Source of the DNA: a virus
Taxonomy: Duplodnaviria > Caudoviricetes
DNA: 51,522 nucleotides
Direction: 5' to 3' (one strand)
IMG/VR virus record: IMGVR_UViG_3300039149_000010
Coordinates: 1-51,522 of that record
In this document: piece after piece, positions 26,950 through 36,786 of the stretch
Layout: every line of letters begins with the position of its first letter
Numbering within the stretch: position 1 is the stretch's first letter
Program-made: the position numbers and the translations under genes
The notes under the pieces: model-generated
Told to the model about the DNA's origin: nothing
What the model saw: the letters and a program-made list of their open reading frames with translations, nothing else
The model's database searches: none

Positions 26950-27299
26950 GCTTCCGGGTCTGTGGGCGCTTCCGGGGCAAGTTCTGAATCAACGGGCGCG
27001 TCAAACGTCCGCAATTCAGTTTCCAGTTGCCACACAACTGCCGCGGTTTTGGTGTTTAGATAGGCTTCAAACTTCTTGCGAATGGTTGCGCTATCGTCTG
27101 ACGGCGCAAGCCATTTGAAGTCCACTTTTGGCTTGCTGCCATTCATGCGTAACGACAGGTTAACGAAGTCCAGCAATGCGAGATAAACCTCATCACCGGA
27201 CACCTCAAAATCCTGACCCACCTCATCAAACCAGGGTTGTGCCTTGCGTAATACCGCCGTCCGTTGCATCCGAATAGCGGGGGTATAGGGCTTAAACAT
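26946..27299 (-). CDS. Tail assembly chaperone
   Basis: Located between the tail tube and tape measure genes. Confidence 0.65.
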   Translation of the reverse strand: MFKPYTPAIRMQRTAVLRKAQPWFDEVGQDFEVSGDEVYLALLDFVNLSLRMNGSKPKVDFKWLAPSDDSATIRKKFEAYLNTKTAAVVWQLETELRTFDAPVDSELAPEAPTDPEA

Positions 27300-28144
27300 T
27301 AGCTTAAGTTCCCCTCGTCAATTTCGGACAACACCACGATTACCGCGTCCGTTGCAGGCGCAGCCACAAAGGCTAACGTGGTATCGCTCACGGTGTAATC
27401 GGCAGTGACGGTTTGCTGCACATCATTCACAAACACATAGGTTTTCGCACCGGAAACGGGTGCATACGACAGGGTGAAGTTCTGTTGACTATTATTGCCC
27501 GTGAAACGTGCCAGTGGGCCTAATGGGTTGTCACTGTCAATCGGGAAAATCGACGCGGCAGTTGTGCCATGCAAGTTAATACTCACCGTTGACCAGCCCG
27601 TCCTATCGGAGCGACTCAGGTTAATGGCATATTGGTAGGGTGTGAATGTTCGCTGCTGAATGTCGGTAAACAGCGGTTTAATGGTGCAACGTGGAATAAA
27701 TACATTCTCCCATTGTTTCACGCCCTTTGAACCCTGTAGCCAGGACTTGGCACGGCGGGATAGCAGCAAACACATGGCTTGACTGGCGCGGTCTTTCGGG
27801 TCAAGAGATGATACTTCAATATCTCCTACCGTTTCAATTTTCGTACCCTGGATAAGTGCATCAAAAACATTGTTGCGCTGCGCCAGTTCCAGAATACCGG
27901 AAATTGGTGTTTCGCTATCAAATTCAAATGTGACCATCGGTTCATCGTCACCCGTAACCGGCTCGACATCCGGTTCAGGAATGTTAATCGGCATGGTACG
28001 CGAACCGTCCAAACGCAACATACTGCTGCCTGTGGCATCACCAGCGCTTGGTGCGGTGGTGGTACTGCCGATAAAATAGCCATTGGAATCAATGACTCCA
28101 TACCAATTGAAACGAAATCCGGCGGCAACTGTCTTTTTTGCCAT
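27299..28144 (-). CDS. Major tail tube protein with C-terminal Ig-like extension
   Basis: Synteny; strong AGGAG RBS; C-terminal VFVNDVQQ...DYTVS..TLAF..AP domain. Confidence 0.7.
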   Translation of the reverse strand: MAKKTVAAGFRFNWYGVIDSNGYFIGSTTTAPSAGDATGSSMLRLDGSRTMPINIPEPDVEPVTGDDEPMVTFEFDSETPISGILELAQRNNVFDALIQGTKIETVGDIEVSSLDPKDRASQAMCLLLSRRAKSWLQGSKGVKQWENVFIPRCTIKPLFTDIQQRTFTPYQYAINLSRSDRTGWSTVSINLHGTTAASIFPIDSDNPLGPLARFTGNNSQQNFTLSYAPVSGAKTYVFVNDVQQTVTADYTVSDTTLAFVAAPATDAVIVVLSEIDEGNLS

Positions 28145-28154
28145 TGTTTAGCTC

Positions 28155-28646
28155 CTAGTAAACTGACCTCATGAATGGAATGCGTAATGTGAACTCAATG
28201 CCCAATTGATTGGCAATAATGCCACTGTTTTGAAATACCACTAACCCGGTATGTGTGGTAATAAATGCTTGCGTGGTCGGGTCTAAATAATCTTGACAGT
28301 CGGTGTATGTGCCGCTGTCAGTGTTCAAACCGCTATGCTGTGCGAAATAATCCATAATCGGCACATAATACTCATGCGCTTTTTTCGGTTTGTCTCCTTC
28401 GTATCCGGCGGTTAAATGGTCAACCACCAAACGCATCAGAATGGTTTCGGGATTGTTTTGGATGTCCTCTGCAAAACCGGTGTAATCCGGTGTCATGGCA
28501 GCGAGGCGATTTGTCCAGTACGGAAAACTCTCCTGTTCGTAAGGCCAATAAGGAACAGCGTCACAAGCCACACCGATGGTATCGGCAAACACTTCCTTTT
28601 GCATTTCGACAATCCGGTCAAGTGCCTCTTCAATGTAGTTAGGCAT
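28155..28646 (-). CDS. Tail terminator-like protein
   Basis: Synteny and size. Confidence 0.5.
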   Translation of the reverse strand: MPNYIEEALDRIVEMQKEVFADTIGVACDAVPYWPYEQESFPYWTNRLAAMTPDYTGFAEDIQNNPETILMRLVVDHLTAGYEGDKPKKAHEYYVPIMDYFAQHSGLNTDSGTYTDCQDYLDPTTQAFITTHTGLVVFQNSGIIANQLGIEFTLRIPFMRSVY

Positions 28647-29493
28647 ACTGGAATTCCATTAACGTTTGCTTCAATTCGGTTAATAGGTCTTGCGGGTAGG
28701 TAATTACGCCTACACCGTCCAACGTTTCTACCTGATATGCCCCACGTCGAGCGTAAAGCAGGGTTGCTTGCCGTGTGACAGCGCGTTGAATACGTTCATC
28801 CACTTGATAGACGCTAATCGCTGTATCCTGCGCATGGGCGGCGGCGGTTGTGCCATTGCGTCCGCGCCGGACGGTTAAGACGTTGGTGGTGGTGTTCACG
28901 GCGGTAACGTCTATTAATTCATCCTCAATTTTAATCAGGTTGCCCGGTGAAAAACGCGGTGTGAAACCCCATAAGTCTGCCCCGTCTGCGTCGCTCACGG
29001 TTATGCTTGTGGCCGCAGCGGTTAACGGGTTATCCTGTACCGTGTCTACACTATCAAAGGCGTTGCTGTAATCGGGATGGTAGCCCCATGTACCGGTGAC
29101 ATAAATCTTATAGGGCTGGGTACTGCTGCACCCGGTATACCAGTCATACGAACAGTTGGTTAAACGTAACGCCGTCGCCACTTCATTACTCCAGGTGTAC
29201 AACGCCACTTGGGAGGTAATGTCGGTGGTCTGCCGCAGCACTTCAGTGAACGCTAAAATGTGATCGCGCAGGTTAAAGGTGTTTTCCCAATACCGACTGC
29301 TAATGCGTGTCGCCTCAATTGGATAGGTGCGTTGTTCGGTATACGGTGCGAAATAGGGACGGCGCGGTGTTCCCATTGTCAGGTCAACACGTTGGCTGGC
29401 CTGGATAATGTAGCGAAACAAGAGACTATCATCAACCGTGCTATCGGCCTTCAATTCTGACTTGCATAGGTCTAATGTCGTGTAATTGCTCAT
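28639..29493 (-). CDS. Head-tail connector/adaptor protein with an inserted beta domain
   Basis: YTTLDLCKSEL...DDSLLFRYIIQASQRVD N-terminus, VTGTWGY, and an inserted LTVRRGRNGTTAAAH domain. Confidence 0.75.
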   Translation of the reverse strand: MSNYTTLDLCKSELKADSTVDDSLLFRYIIQASQRVDLTMGTPRRPYFAPYTEQRTYPIEATRISSRYWENTFNLRDHILAFTEVLRQTTDITSQVALYTWSNEVATALRLTNCSYDWYTGCSSTQPYKIYVTGTWGYHPDYSNAFDSVDTVQDNPLTAAATSITVSDADGADLWGFTPRFSPGNLIKIEDELIDVTAVNTTTNVLTVRRGRNGTTAAAHAQDTAISVYQVDERIQRAVTRQATLLYARRGAYQVETLDGVGVITYPQDLLTELKQTLMEFQYA

Positions 29494-29996
29494 AGGCCGC
29501 TTAAAATCCCTTCCACGTCTTGAAAGGCGTTCTGGATAACATCGGGAGATGAATACCACCCGGTGTCCTGGTGGAAACCTTGTTGATTAACGCCGGTTAC
29601 ATACTGCTCATAATCGGTCGTGTTGTCCACGCTTACGATGACATCGGGAGTCGGTACAACCGGCGGCGTACCCCCGACAAATCGGGTCAAGTATTCCAAT
29701 AGCGCGGCGGTATAGGCTTCAATTCGGTTTACCTGTTCAATGTTTACAGTAACCCGCCATGCTTGACTTAAGGCATGTGTGCGACGGGTGGGTATGCCAC
29801 GCCCGAATCCTTTGGTTGCAAAGAACGCCCGCCGTTGGCGCTCGGATGTCCACCGAATAGGGTATTTTGGTCGTCCCGGTTCGGTCTGCAAACGCTGTAA
29901 GGTTTCCGCTTGCCATTGTTGTAATTGGCGCGTGGTTTCCCTGGATACACGAATATCGTCGGTATTGGCAGTGAATACAATCTCTTGCTTAATCAT
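29490..29996 (-). CDS. Neck/tail-completion-like protein
   Basis: SERQRRAFFA...RTHALSQAW motif; synteny. Confidence 0.5.
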   Translation of the reverse strand: MIKQEIVFTANTDDIRVSRETTRQLQQWQAETLQRLQTEPGRPKYPIRWTSERQRRAFFATKGFGRGIPTRRTHALSQAWRVTVNIEQVNRIEAYTAALLEYLTRFVGGTPPVVPTPDVIVSVDNTTDYEQYVTGVNQQGFHQDTGWYSSPDVIQNAFQDVEGILSGL

Positions 29997-30252
29997 GCAA
30001 CCCTACCCCGGTATAGGTGCGAAGCATCATAGCGATACCCGATAGAGCAAAAGGATACAGCAGCGCTTCAATTCCCCATAGCCATAACAGGATAGCGAGA
30101 AACCCGACATACACGGACGTGCAATAGATGCAATCAAAAAGGCCGCCCATTTGGAGCGCCCTTAGTTTTTTGAATATGTCCTTTGGCCCGTCTTCGGCGG
30201 TGAGCATGTAACTAACCCGCCACACCGAAGCGGCCAGTAGAATTGTTGTCAT
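29989..30252 (-). CDS. Small membrane protein (DUF1360-like)
   Basis: WRVSYML..EDGP...LFDCIYCTSVY with TM helices. Confidence 0.7.
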   Translation of the reverse strand: MTTILLAASVWRVSYMLTAEDGPKDIFKKLRALQMGGLFDCIYCTSVYVGFLAILLWLWGIEALLYPFALSGIAMMLRTYTGVGLHD

Positions 30253-31334
30253 TATTCCCATAGAGGATGGCTTACCTCAAAACCGGCTAAACTCTGGAAT
30301 ATTTCGGGCATGGAGAATGTCATGTACAGATGTACACTCTTAATGGTCTCGTCAACGGTAAATTCCGGTTTCCAGCCCAATTCTTGCTTGGCTTTATCAG
30401 CATTGGGGTACTTGTCCGCTGCCTCTGCATAATATTGACCGTAAACTTCCCGACCATCCATAAACACGATTTCGCTTTTGCTTTCGGTTATTTCGATAAC
30501 CCGCTGCGCCAGTTCCAGTATGGAAATGCGATTGTCGGGGTTGCCTAGATTGTAAACTTCACCCGACTTCCCCCCGCCCCTATTCCGGCTGCGTAACTTG
30601 TTTGACACCTTGACGATTCCCTCGACAATATCCGCAACGTGGGTGAAAGCGCGTAGTTGGAATCCATCCCCAAACACGGTCAAGGGAGCGCCTACCATAG
30701 CCTGGGCTACAAAGCGTGGCAAAACAAAACCGCCTTGCCCAGATTGACGTTTACCGGCTACATTGAAGGGGCGAATAATCGCAGCCCGTAAACCATTGAT
30801 TTGACATTCGTTAATAATCGCAGTTTCGGCGGCTAGTTTTCCGACCGCATATTCTAGCCGTACTGTGGTTTCCGGCGGTACAATGCGCGGCATTTCTTCA
30901 CTGCAATAGCCGTTCTCACCGCCGCCGTATATCTCGCTGGTACTAATGTCTATCAGGCTTGCCTTACACCGTTTCGCAAGTTCGATTAAACCCACTGTAT
31001 CTTCAATGATGTAATGCGCCATTTTCCCAGCATAGGGCAAAATACCCGCTGGGCCAACCGGAGATGCCAAATGAAAAATAATATCCCAGTCGTCGCTCGT
31101 GCCGTTTTTCAGCCATTCATGTATATCACAAATATCGTAGGTTAGACGCTCTGGGTAATTCAAGTCCCCTAGTAAGACATCCAGTGGGACGGGTGATGTA
31201 CTGAGATTGTCTACTACATGCACATAGGGGCGGTCTTCTAATACCTGTCCGCTGGTCAGTTGGGTATTAAGCAGTCGGTCAATGAGATGCCCACCAATGA
31301 AACCGAAACCGCCTGTAACCAGAATTTTAGTCAT
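30252..31334 (-). CDS. NAD-dependent nucleotide-sugar epimerase/dehydratase (extended SDR)
   Basis: [39 protein letters not shown] motifs. Confidence 0.95.
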   Translation of the reverse strand: MTKILVTGGFGFIGGHLIDRLLNTQLTSGQVLEDRPYVHVVDNLSTSPVPLDVLLGDLNYPERLTYDICDIHEWLKNGTSDDWDIIFHLASPVGPAGILPYAGKMAHYIIEDTVGLIELAKRCKASLIDISTSEIYGGGENGYCSEEMPRIVPPETTVRLEYAVGKLAAETAIINECQINGLRAAIIRPFNVAGKRQSGQGGFVLPRFVAQAMVGAPLTVFGDGFQLRAFTHVADIVEGIVKVSNKLRSRNRGGGKSGEVYNLGNPDNRISILELAQRVIEITESKSEIVFMDGREVYGQYYAEAADKYPNADKAKQELGWKPEFTVDETIKSVHLYMTFSMPEIFQSLAGFEVSHPLWE

Positions 31335-32200
31335 TTGACCTCCAATGCTTTCGCAGGCAACCCGACAACCGTTTGACCGTCTGCAACATCGCTCACTATC
31401 ACCGCACCTAATCCCGCCAAGACATCCTTACCGACTGTCTTTCTATCGCGTATAGCCACATGGGGTGCTATCCAGCTTCCCGCGCCAACTGTCACGCTTC
31501 CGGCTATCATACTGTGCGCAACCAGCGCCGTGTGTTCGCCAATATCGGCATTGTGGGCCACGTGGACAAGGTTGTCGATTTTCACACCCTTCCGAATAAT
31601 GGTGCTGCCTAATGTGCCTCGGTCAATAACGGCATTTGCGCCCACTTCCACATTGTCTTCAATGACCACGTTGCCATAGTGCGGGAAGCGAATTAACGCG
31701 CCGTCCGGTTCTCGGTTATCATGACTAAATCCAAAACCATCCGTGCCGATTACCGCGCCGGGATAAATGGTTACGTTGTCGCCTATGACGGCGTGTTGCA
31801 CAACGGCATTCGCGCCAATAGTAACATTTTCGCCTAACTCGGTAGTATCACGGTCTATCCAGGCAGTATGGTGTATAGTAAATCTTGGTATCGGCCAAAA
31901 GTGTTGGCACACTTCAATAAAGCGTTTGTAAGGGTCGTCAACCACTATCAGACATTTGTCATCGGTCATACTCATCATGCCCGGTTCATCACCGACAATG
32001 ATGGTTTCAGCTAACGATTCTTGCACATTCAAATAATTGCCTGCATTCATCAAATCAGGACGGCAAAAGGTAATCGCGCCCCGTGTAGCATTGTCCAATG
32101 GCATCGGACGTGTGAGTGGGTAAGTCTTGTCCGGTGGGTTGTATACCCGTAGCACACTGTCGCCTAGATAATCTATGACATCAACAACAGTTATATTCAT
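31331..32200 (-). CDS. LpxD-like hexapeptide-repeat N-acyltransferase
   Basis: [39 protein letters not shown] motifs. Confidence 0.9.
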   Translation of the reverse strand: MNITVVDVIDYLGDSVLRVYNPPDKTYPLTRPMPLDNATRGAITFCRPDLMNAGNYLNVQESLAETIIVGDEPGMMSMTDDKCLIVVDDPYKRFIEVCQHFWPIPRFTIHHTAWIDRDTTELGENVTIGANAVVQHAVIGDNVTIYPGAVIGTDGFGFSHDNREPDGALIRFPHYGNVVIEDNVEVGANAVIDRGTLGSTIIRKGVKIDNLVHVAHNADIGEHTALVAHSMIAGSVTVGAGSWIAPHVAIRDRKTVGKDVLAGLGAVIVSDVADGQTVVGLPAKALEVK

Positions 32201-32817
32201 AGCGTAATCCTTACGACCTGGAACGCTTCGGCAAATTGGCGATTGCTTTGCATCCCGCGTAACCCGGCCAAATGACGTACAGCATCACAACTCCTATGGG
32301 CGCGTACCTGCGAGACATACATTTCATACAACGCCACTTTCGCCCCTATCTCTATGGGCAGGTATACATCCGGTCGGAATGCAGGCATGTTGCCGCCTTG
32401 ATGGGTACACGGCATTTCGTAGCAGAGTACATTTTTGACATAGAAATTTTCATCGTGCGGTCTCAAGGCCGTCAATGCCGCTTGGTAAACCGTGCGGTGA
32501 TCTTGGTTGTAATCGGGAAACGGTAGCAATGCCGTGTCCGGTCGCTGGCGGGTAATGAGCGCTTCCAGCGTTGCGATTAATTTGGGCAACGGCTCTAAGT
32601 GCAACCAGTTAACCGGGAAATGGTCATACGAAATACTATGCCCGTTATATTCGGCAATCTGCTCACATTCAATCTGTGAGGCTAACCCGACTGTCGGATG
32701 TTCAGCACATAGGAAATGCACATGCTTATTTCCGTAAGGGTCTGCTAGCAGTCCGCCACAGCCCAACACTTCGTCGTCCATGTGCGGCGCAAAGATAAGC
32801 GTTTTACCGTTGAACAT
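32197..32817 (-). CDS. PIG-L family de-N-acetylase
   Basis: [25 protein letters not shown] motifs. Confidence 0.92.
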   Translation of the reverse strand: MFNGKTLIFAPHMDDEVLGCGGLLADPYGNKHVHFLCAEHPTVGLASQIECEQIAEYNGHSISYDHFPVNWLHLEPLPKLIATLEALITRQRPDTALLPFPDYNQDHRTVYQAALTALRPHDENFYVKNVLCYEMPCTHQGGNMPAFRPDVYLPIEIGAKVALYEMYVSQVRAHRSCDAVRHLAGLRGMQSNRQFAEAFQVVRITL

Positions 32818-32971
32818 TACGTGCCGCTTTCGCTTGCTTCACCAGTCGAAAGTAGACTTTTCGTGATAACCGATGCGCCCCTTCCAGCATGGCCTTTTTG
32901 ATTTCCCGCTGCCCGTGCGCCCGAAAGAGTATCCTGTTATCGTGTGTGACAAAGTAGCCTGTTTTCTGCAT
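32804..32971 (-). CDS. Small basic hypothetical protein (55 aa)
   Basis: TAATG coupling with the glycosyltransferase stop. Confidence 0.5.
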   Translation of the reverse strand: MQKTGYFVTHDNRILFRAHGQREIKKAMLEGAHRLSRKVYFRLVKQAKAARNVQR

Positions 32972-34719
32972 TAGCGCTTGGCCTCCTTTGCCGCCTGCGG
33001 GATAACCTCGATCAACAGTTCCTTCATGCGTGCCGGGTAAGTGTGCTTTTTCATGCAAACTCGTTTGGCATTCCGTGCAATCGCTTTCCGGCGCTTCTGG
33101 TTTTCTGGTTTGAGCCAATACCGGATTTTCTTTTGCAGGTCGGGGTAATCCTTCCAACTGACATAATGCACGCCGTCCTTAATGCCCATCAGTTCATCAA
33201 AGTTGGGCGTTTGCTGATGCAATATCATACCACCGCCCATATACATAATGTCAAAAAAGCGTTTGCTGGTGTACCCGCTGGCACAAAATTCGTTATCGGA
33301 TACAACCAACTTGGCGTGCTTGTTTAGGGCTTGGGTCTGGTCAAAATGCCAAAAGGTGTTGCCGGTAACGCGGTCATCGTCGCCGTTCTCACCGTAAATC
33401 CCAACGTCAATACCTTCGTTGCGCAGTTCTATTAGGGTGTCGTACAATACCGCCCGATGTCCGCACTTATTCGGTCTCCGATGCCCGTTACCCTGGAATA
33501 TAACATCATGCTGAGCAACGTCTAGCTTACCGTCATTTTCCTCTGGCCCGGACTGCCAATAGTAGGCTTTAATGCCGTGATCGGCACATACGGGTATCAT
33601 GTCGGCATTAACCACAAGCAAGCCGTCCAATTCGTGCCAAACTTTTGCCCAGTCAGGATTGACATGGTACTTCGGCCATACATCGCCAATCCAGTTTAGC
33701 CAGATTGCGTCTGGCGCGGCTTGCCGAATACGTCGCACTTGTTCCGGGTTGAAAATTTCATTGTTGTGGATGTTGCTTAGAATGAGATGCGGTTGCAATG
33801 CACCCGCCGCTTGCATCACTTTGAATGGCACGTCGTCACCGTCTTTAATCAAATGTTCCCAGACAATTCCACACTCCGCAACGGCATTTTTGAACGCTGG
33901 TTTCGCCGTCCGCCAATGCGGAACACGCCGAATGTAATCATTCAAAAACAGAATACGCAATTCCTCAGTATCCGGGTTTTCAACTTGCGGCTCACCAGGA
34001 TAGACGCAATGTTCAAACGGTTGGCGTGGGTGTCCGTAATTCGATTCGCGTGTTTTCCGGTCTTGCTTGTTAACACTGCGCTGGTAACGGCTCACCTCAT
34101 CCTTGATGTAATATGCGATATTGGTTACACCGGGCACTTTGACCACGCGATACCCGCGCATCCAAATCTGATACCCTAAATGGTTATCCCCGGCATACGT
34201 CCACGCTTTTTTCATGAGGGTACGTCCGCCCCACCAGTCGCACGCATTACCGAGCCATGTTCGGATTAGCGCCACTTGCGGATACAACGCCCGAAACGTT
34301 TCCCCGTCTTTATTGTACATGGTCTGCAAATCAAAATCTTTAAGCTGCTCAATATCATCCTCAAAACAGACCGCGCCAACGTCCGTATGTGTTTCCAGAT
34401 AGGAAATGGCCCGCACAATGGCATAAGGTGGGAATGCGCTATCATCGGTGCTAATCAGGCTATACTTACCTTTAGCAGCGTGTCCAGCTTCGGTCAAGGC
34501 TTTTACACCGCCCACCGGTTTACCAAGTTGGATAAGACGACAATCGGGTTGTTCTTTAATCCAGGCTTCTGTTCCATCGGTGCTGCCATTGTCGGCTATG
34601 ACAAATTCATAGCGCATGGTTTCCGGTACAGTCGCCCGCACCGAGTTCACCATTTCTTTCAGGCCGTCCAACCGGTTAATCGTGCCGGTGATAATAGAGA
34701 GGGTTATGTTAGTCTGCAT
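32971..34719 (-). CDS. Two-domain glycosyltransferase (GT2 plus CgeB-like GT-B domain)
   Basis: LSIITGT..R, ADNGSTDGT, TDD; C-terminal DVIFQGN...YTSKRFF...HTYPARM. Confidence 0.88.
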   Translation of the reverse strand: MQTNITLSIITGTINRLDGLKEMVNSVRATVPETMRYEFVIADNGSTDGTEAWIKEQPDCRLIQLGKPVGGVKALTEAGHAAKGKYSLISTDDSAFPPYAIVRAISYLETHTDVGAVCFEDDIEQLKDFDLQTMYNKDGETFRALYPQVALIRTWLGNACDWWGGRTLMKKAWTYAGDNHLGYQIWMRGYRVVKVPGVTNIAYYIKDEVSRYQRSVNKQDRKTRESNYGHPRQPFEHCVYPGEPQVENPDTEELRILFLNDYIRRVPHWRTAKPAFKNAVAECGIVWEHLIKDGDDVPFKVMQAAGALQPHLILSNIHNNEIFNPEQVRRIRQAAPDAIWLNWIGDVWPKYHVNPDWAKVWHELDGLLVVNADMIPVCADHGIKAYYWQSGPEENDGKLDVAQHDVIFQGNGHRRPNKCGHRAVLYDTLIELRNEGIDVGIYGENGDDDRVTGNTFWHFDQTQALNKHAKLVVSDNEFCASGYTSKRFFDIMYMGGGMILHQQTPNFDELMGIKDGVHYVSWKDYPDLQKKIRYWLKPENQKRRKAIARNAKRVCMKKHTYPARMKELLIEVIPQAAKEAKR

Positions 34720-34921
34720 TGACGATTGCCTTCAAACGAAACGAAATTAACCCGTCCTTTTTAATTATGATCTTTTCATACTCTGTACGGATAAAGTAGA
34801 CATCCTCAGTTTCTTGTACTGGGTCAAGACCAATAGCCGGAAACTCATAGTATACATTCCCCCCTAAGCTGTATACCCAAAGTTTGTAATTAACCCTTTG
34901 AAGTTGCGGGCTGGCTTCCAT
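34709..34921 (-). CDS. Hypothetical protein
   Basis: AGGAGGAG RBS. Confidence 0.65.
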   Translation of the reverse strand: MEASPQLQRVNYKLWVYSLGGNVYYEFPAIGLDPVQETEDVYFIRTEYEKIIIKKDGLISFRLKAIVNAD

Positions 34922-34988
34922 TGATTTCTCCTCCTAGTTCTCCAAATAGGTCTTAGCTCGCGGCCATATACAATCATCACTGTGCGCT

Positions 34989-36026
34989 TCATTCATACCG
35001 CTGCGCCCCCAGTGCTACCAACGTATCCCAGTCGGGTGCAATCTTGCCCAATGGCGGTTGATAGACCGCTTCGTTAATGTGACCATTCAGCAGTTCGTAA
35101 TCGGCGGGCATATCGCCCAATGGCGGTGGTTCAGGCGGCGGCGTAATCACCCCGGCCTCTATCATCGCTTCCGCAAACCCACCCGCGCCAACGTATTGCT
35201 TTTCGTTCACTTCCTCTTTGCCGTTTTGCACCAGTCGCCAGCTCATCTTATCGCGCTGGACATCAAACGGACTAACCCAGGTGGTTTTGGGCCAACTCAT
35301 ACGCGGGTAACGTCGCCCGGTGGTCTTGCCGCGTTTGGTATGATTCCCATGCCAGAGCGCCATTGCCAATACATCGCCATCCTGTTTTTCGCCTTGCGGA
35401 CGGGTGTCTACTATTTCTGCTTGCCCACAACATCCCACCGGCACACCTCCATACCGTTCAACAAGTAGCCGCTTAATTTGGGTATCGCGCCCCGACTGTT
35501 TCGCCTGTAAGGAGCGCTGCCCATTGCCACTGTAATGAAACAAAGGATAGGGTACGCGTAATCCACACACCCCGTCAAAATTCATTTTTAACCAAAAATC
35601 AGTATCTTCTAATGCTTCTAATTGTTCATCAAAACCGCCCACGCGCATGACATCATCGGTACGACATAGACTGGTGATACAATGCCATGTGCCGCCCTGA
35701 CACCATGCTTTGTCCGGCGCGTGCTGATGTCTGTCGTTCACGTACCAGTCGCTATATACGTAACGTCCTGGAATAATAGCCCGCCGCATTCGCTCTACAG
35801 CTTCCGGTTCTAACCAGTCGTCCGCATCCAAGAACAATACATAATCCGTTGTGACACTGGTCAATAATCGATTGCGTGTCCAGCCCGCGCCTTGATAATC
35901 CAAGTCGGGCATGGCGATATACTCCGTTGGGTAGGTCTGCTGCTCTACCGAGGCTATCGCATTGCTAGCAATCCGGTTGTGTTCCGGCGTGTAGGGTATC
36001 AGGACGGTTACATCAGTGTCTACCAT
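34989..36026 (-). CDS. GT2 glycosyltransferase with a C-terminal extension
   Basis: VTVLIP, FLDADD, VGGFDE, EDTDFW motifs. Confidence 0.9.
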   Translation of the reverse strand: MVDTDVTVLIPYTPEHNRIASNAIASVEQQTYPTEYIAMPDLDYQGAGWTRNRLLTSVTTDYVLFLDADDWLEPEAVERMRRAIIPGRYVYSDWYVNDRHQHAPDKAWCQGGTWHCITSLCRTDDVMRVGGFDEQLEALEDTDFWLKMNFDGVCGLRVPYPLFHYSGNGQRSLQAKQSGRDTQIKRLLVERYGGVPVGCCGQAEIVDTRPQGEKQDGDVLAMALWHGNHTKRGKTTGRRYPRMSWPKTTWVSPFDVQRDKMSWRLVQNGKEEVNEKQYVGAGGFAEAMIEAGVITPPPEPPPLGDMPADYELLNGHINEAVYQPPLGKIAPDWDTLVALGAQRYE

Positions 36027-36682
36027 CCCCGCACCGCTTCCCACTCTTCAATCGTCTTGTTGTTTTTACTGGAATTGCACGAAGGACATGCTAAGACCAG
36101 ATTGTCAGGCCAATTGCTACCGCCCCGACTCAGTGGGTGAACATGGTCAATTTCATAATCGCCATGTAGCGTAATGCCGCAATAGGCGCAACGTTCTTGT
36201 TGCTCGTCATATATTTTTGCGATGTCGTCGGCTGTAAAGTGACCGTCCGCTTCTTTGAACATAGCCCACCGGTTAAGACATTTTGCTCTAATCTTTTCAG
36301 GATGATTTTGGGCATAACGTCGGTTGCGCTCATTATGCGCTTCAGGATTATTGCGTTGTGACCGTAAACGTGATTCACGCTTTACTTCTGGGTTGCGTTC
36401 TGCATACTCTTGCCAATACTGACGAACCTTGTCGGGGTTGGCTTCGTTCCAATTGCGCTTGCTCTCAGCAAGTTTTTCTGGGTTTTCTTGTTGCCATTTT
36501 TTGACCCGTGCGCGTACTCGGTCGGGATGTTGTTCACGTTCTATCCGTGCTTTTTCGCGTATACAATCACGGCAGTAATAAGCAAAACCGCATTTGTTAC
36601 GCCGCATAATACCGAAGTGTTCTTTGTCTAAAGGCTTTGTTTCTTTGCAACGTGCGCATGTGCGCGTTTGTGGTATACTCAT
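36020..36682 (-). CDS. Free-standing HNH endonuclease
   Basis: N-terminal CxxC pair, NP(E/D)K repeats, and C-terminal CAYC...DHVHPLSRGGSNWPDNLVLACPSCNSSK. Confidence 0.93.
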   Translation of the reverse strand: MSIPQTRTCARCKETKPLDKEHFGIMRRNKCGFAYYCRDCIREKARIEREQHPDRVRARVKKWQQENPEKLAESKRNWNEANPDKVRQYWQEYAERNPEVKRESRLRSQRNNPEAHNERNRRYAQNHPEKIRAKCLNRWAMFKEADGHFTADDIAKIYDEQQERCAYCGITLHGDYEIDHVHPLSRGGSNWPDNLVLACPSCNSSKNNKTIEEWEAVRGW

Positions 36683-36786
36683 GGTGATGACCTACTCTAC
36701 TAGGTTGTCCAGGAGGCCGGTCTGACATTAGACGCGGCCTCCTTGTATTGTACACTACTACGATATAGACCGCAATAGATAGAAAG

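Noticed and set aside
31331-32200. True lpxD implying lipid A synthesis or a Gram-negative host
   Set aside because: LpxD-like acyltransferases also occur in general polysaccharide clusters, and no other lpx genes are present.
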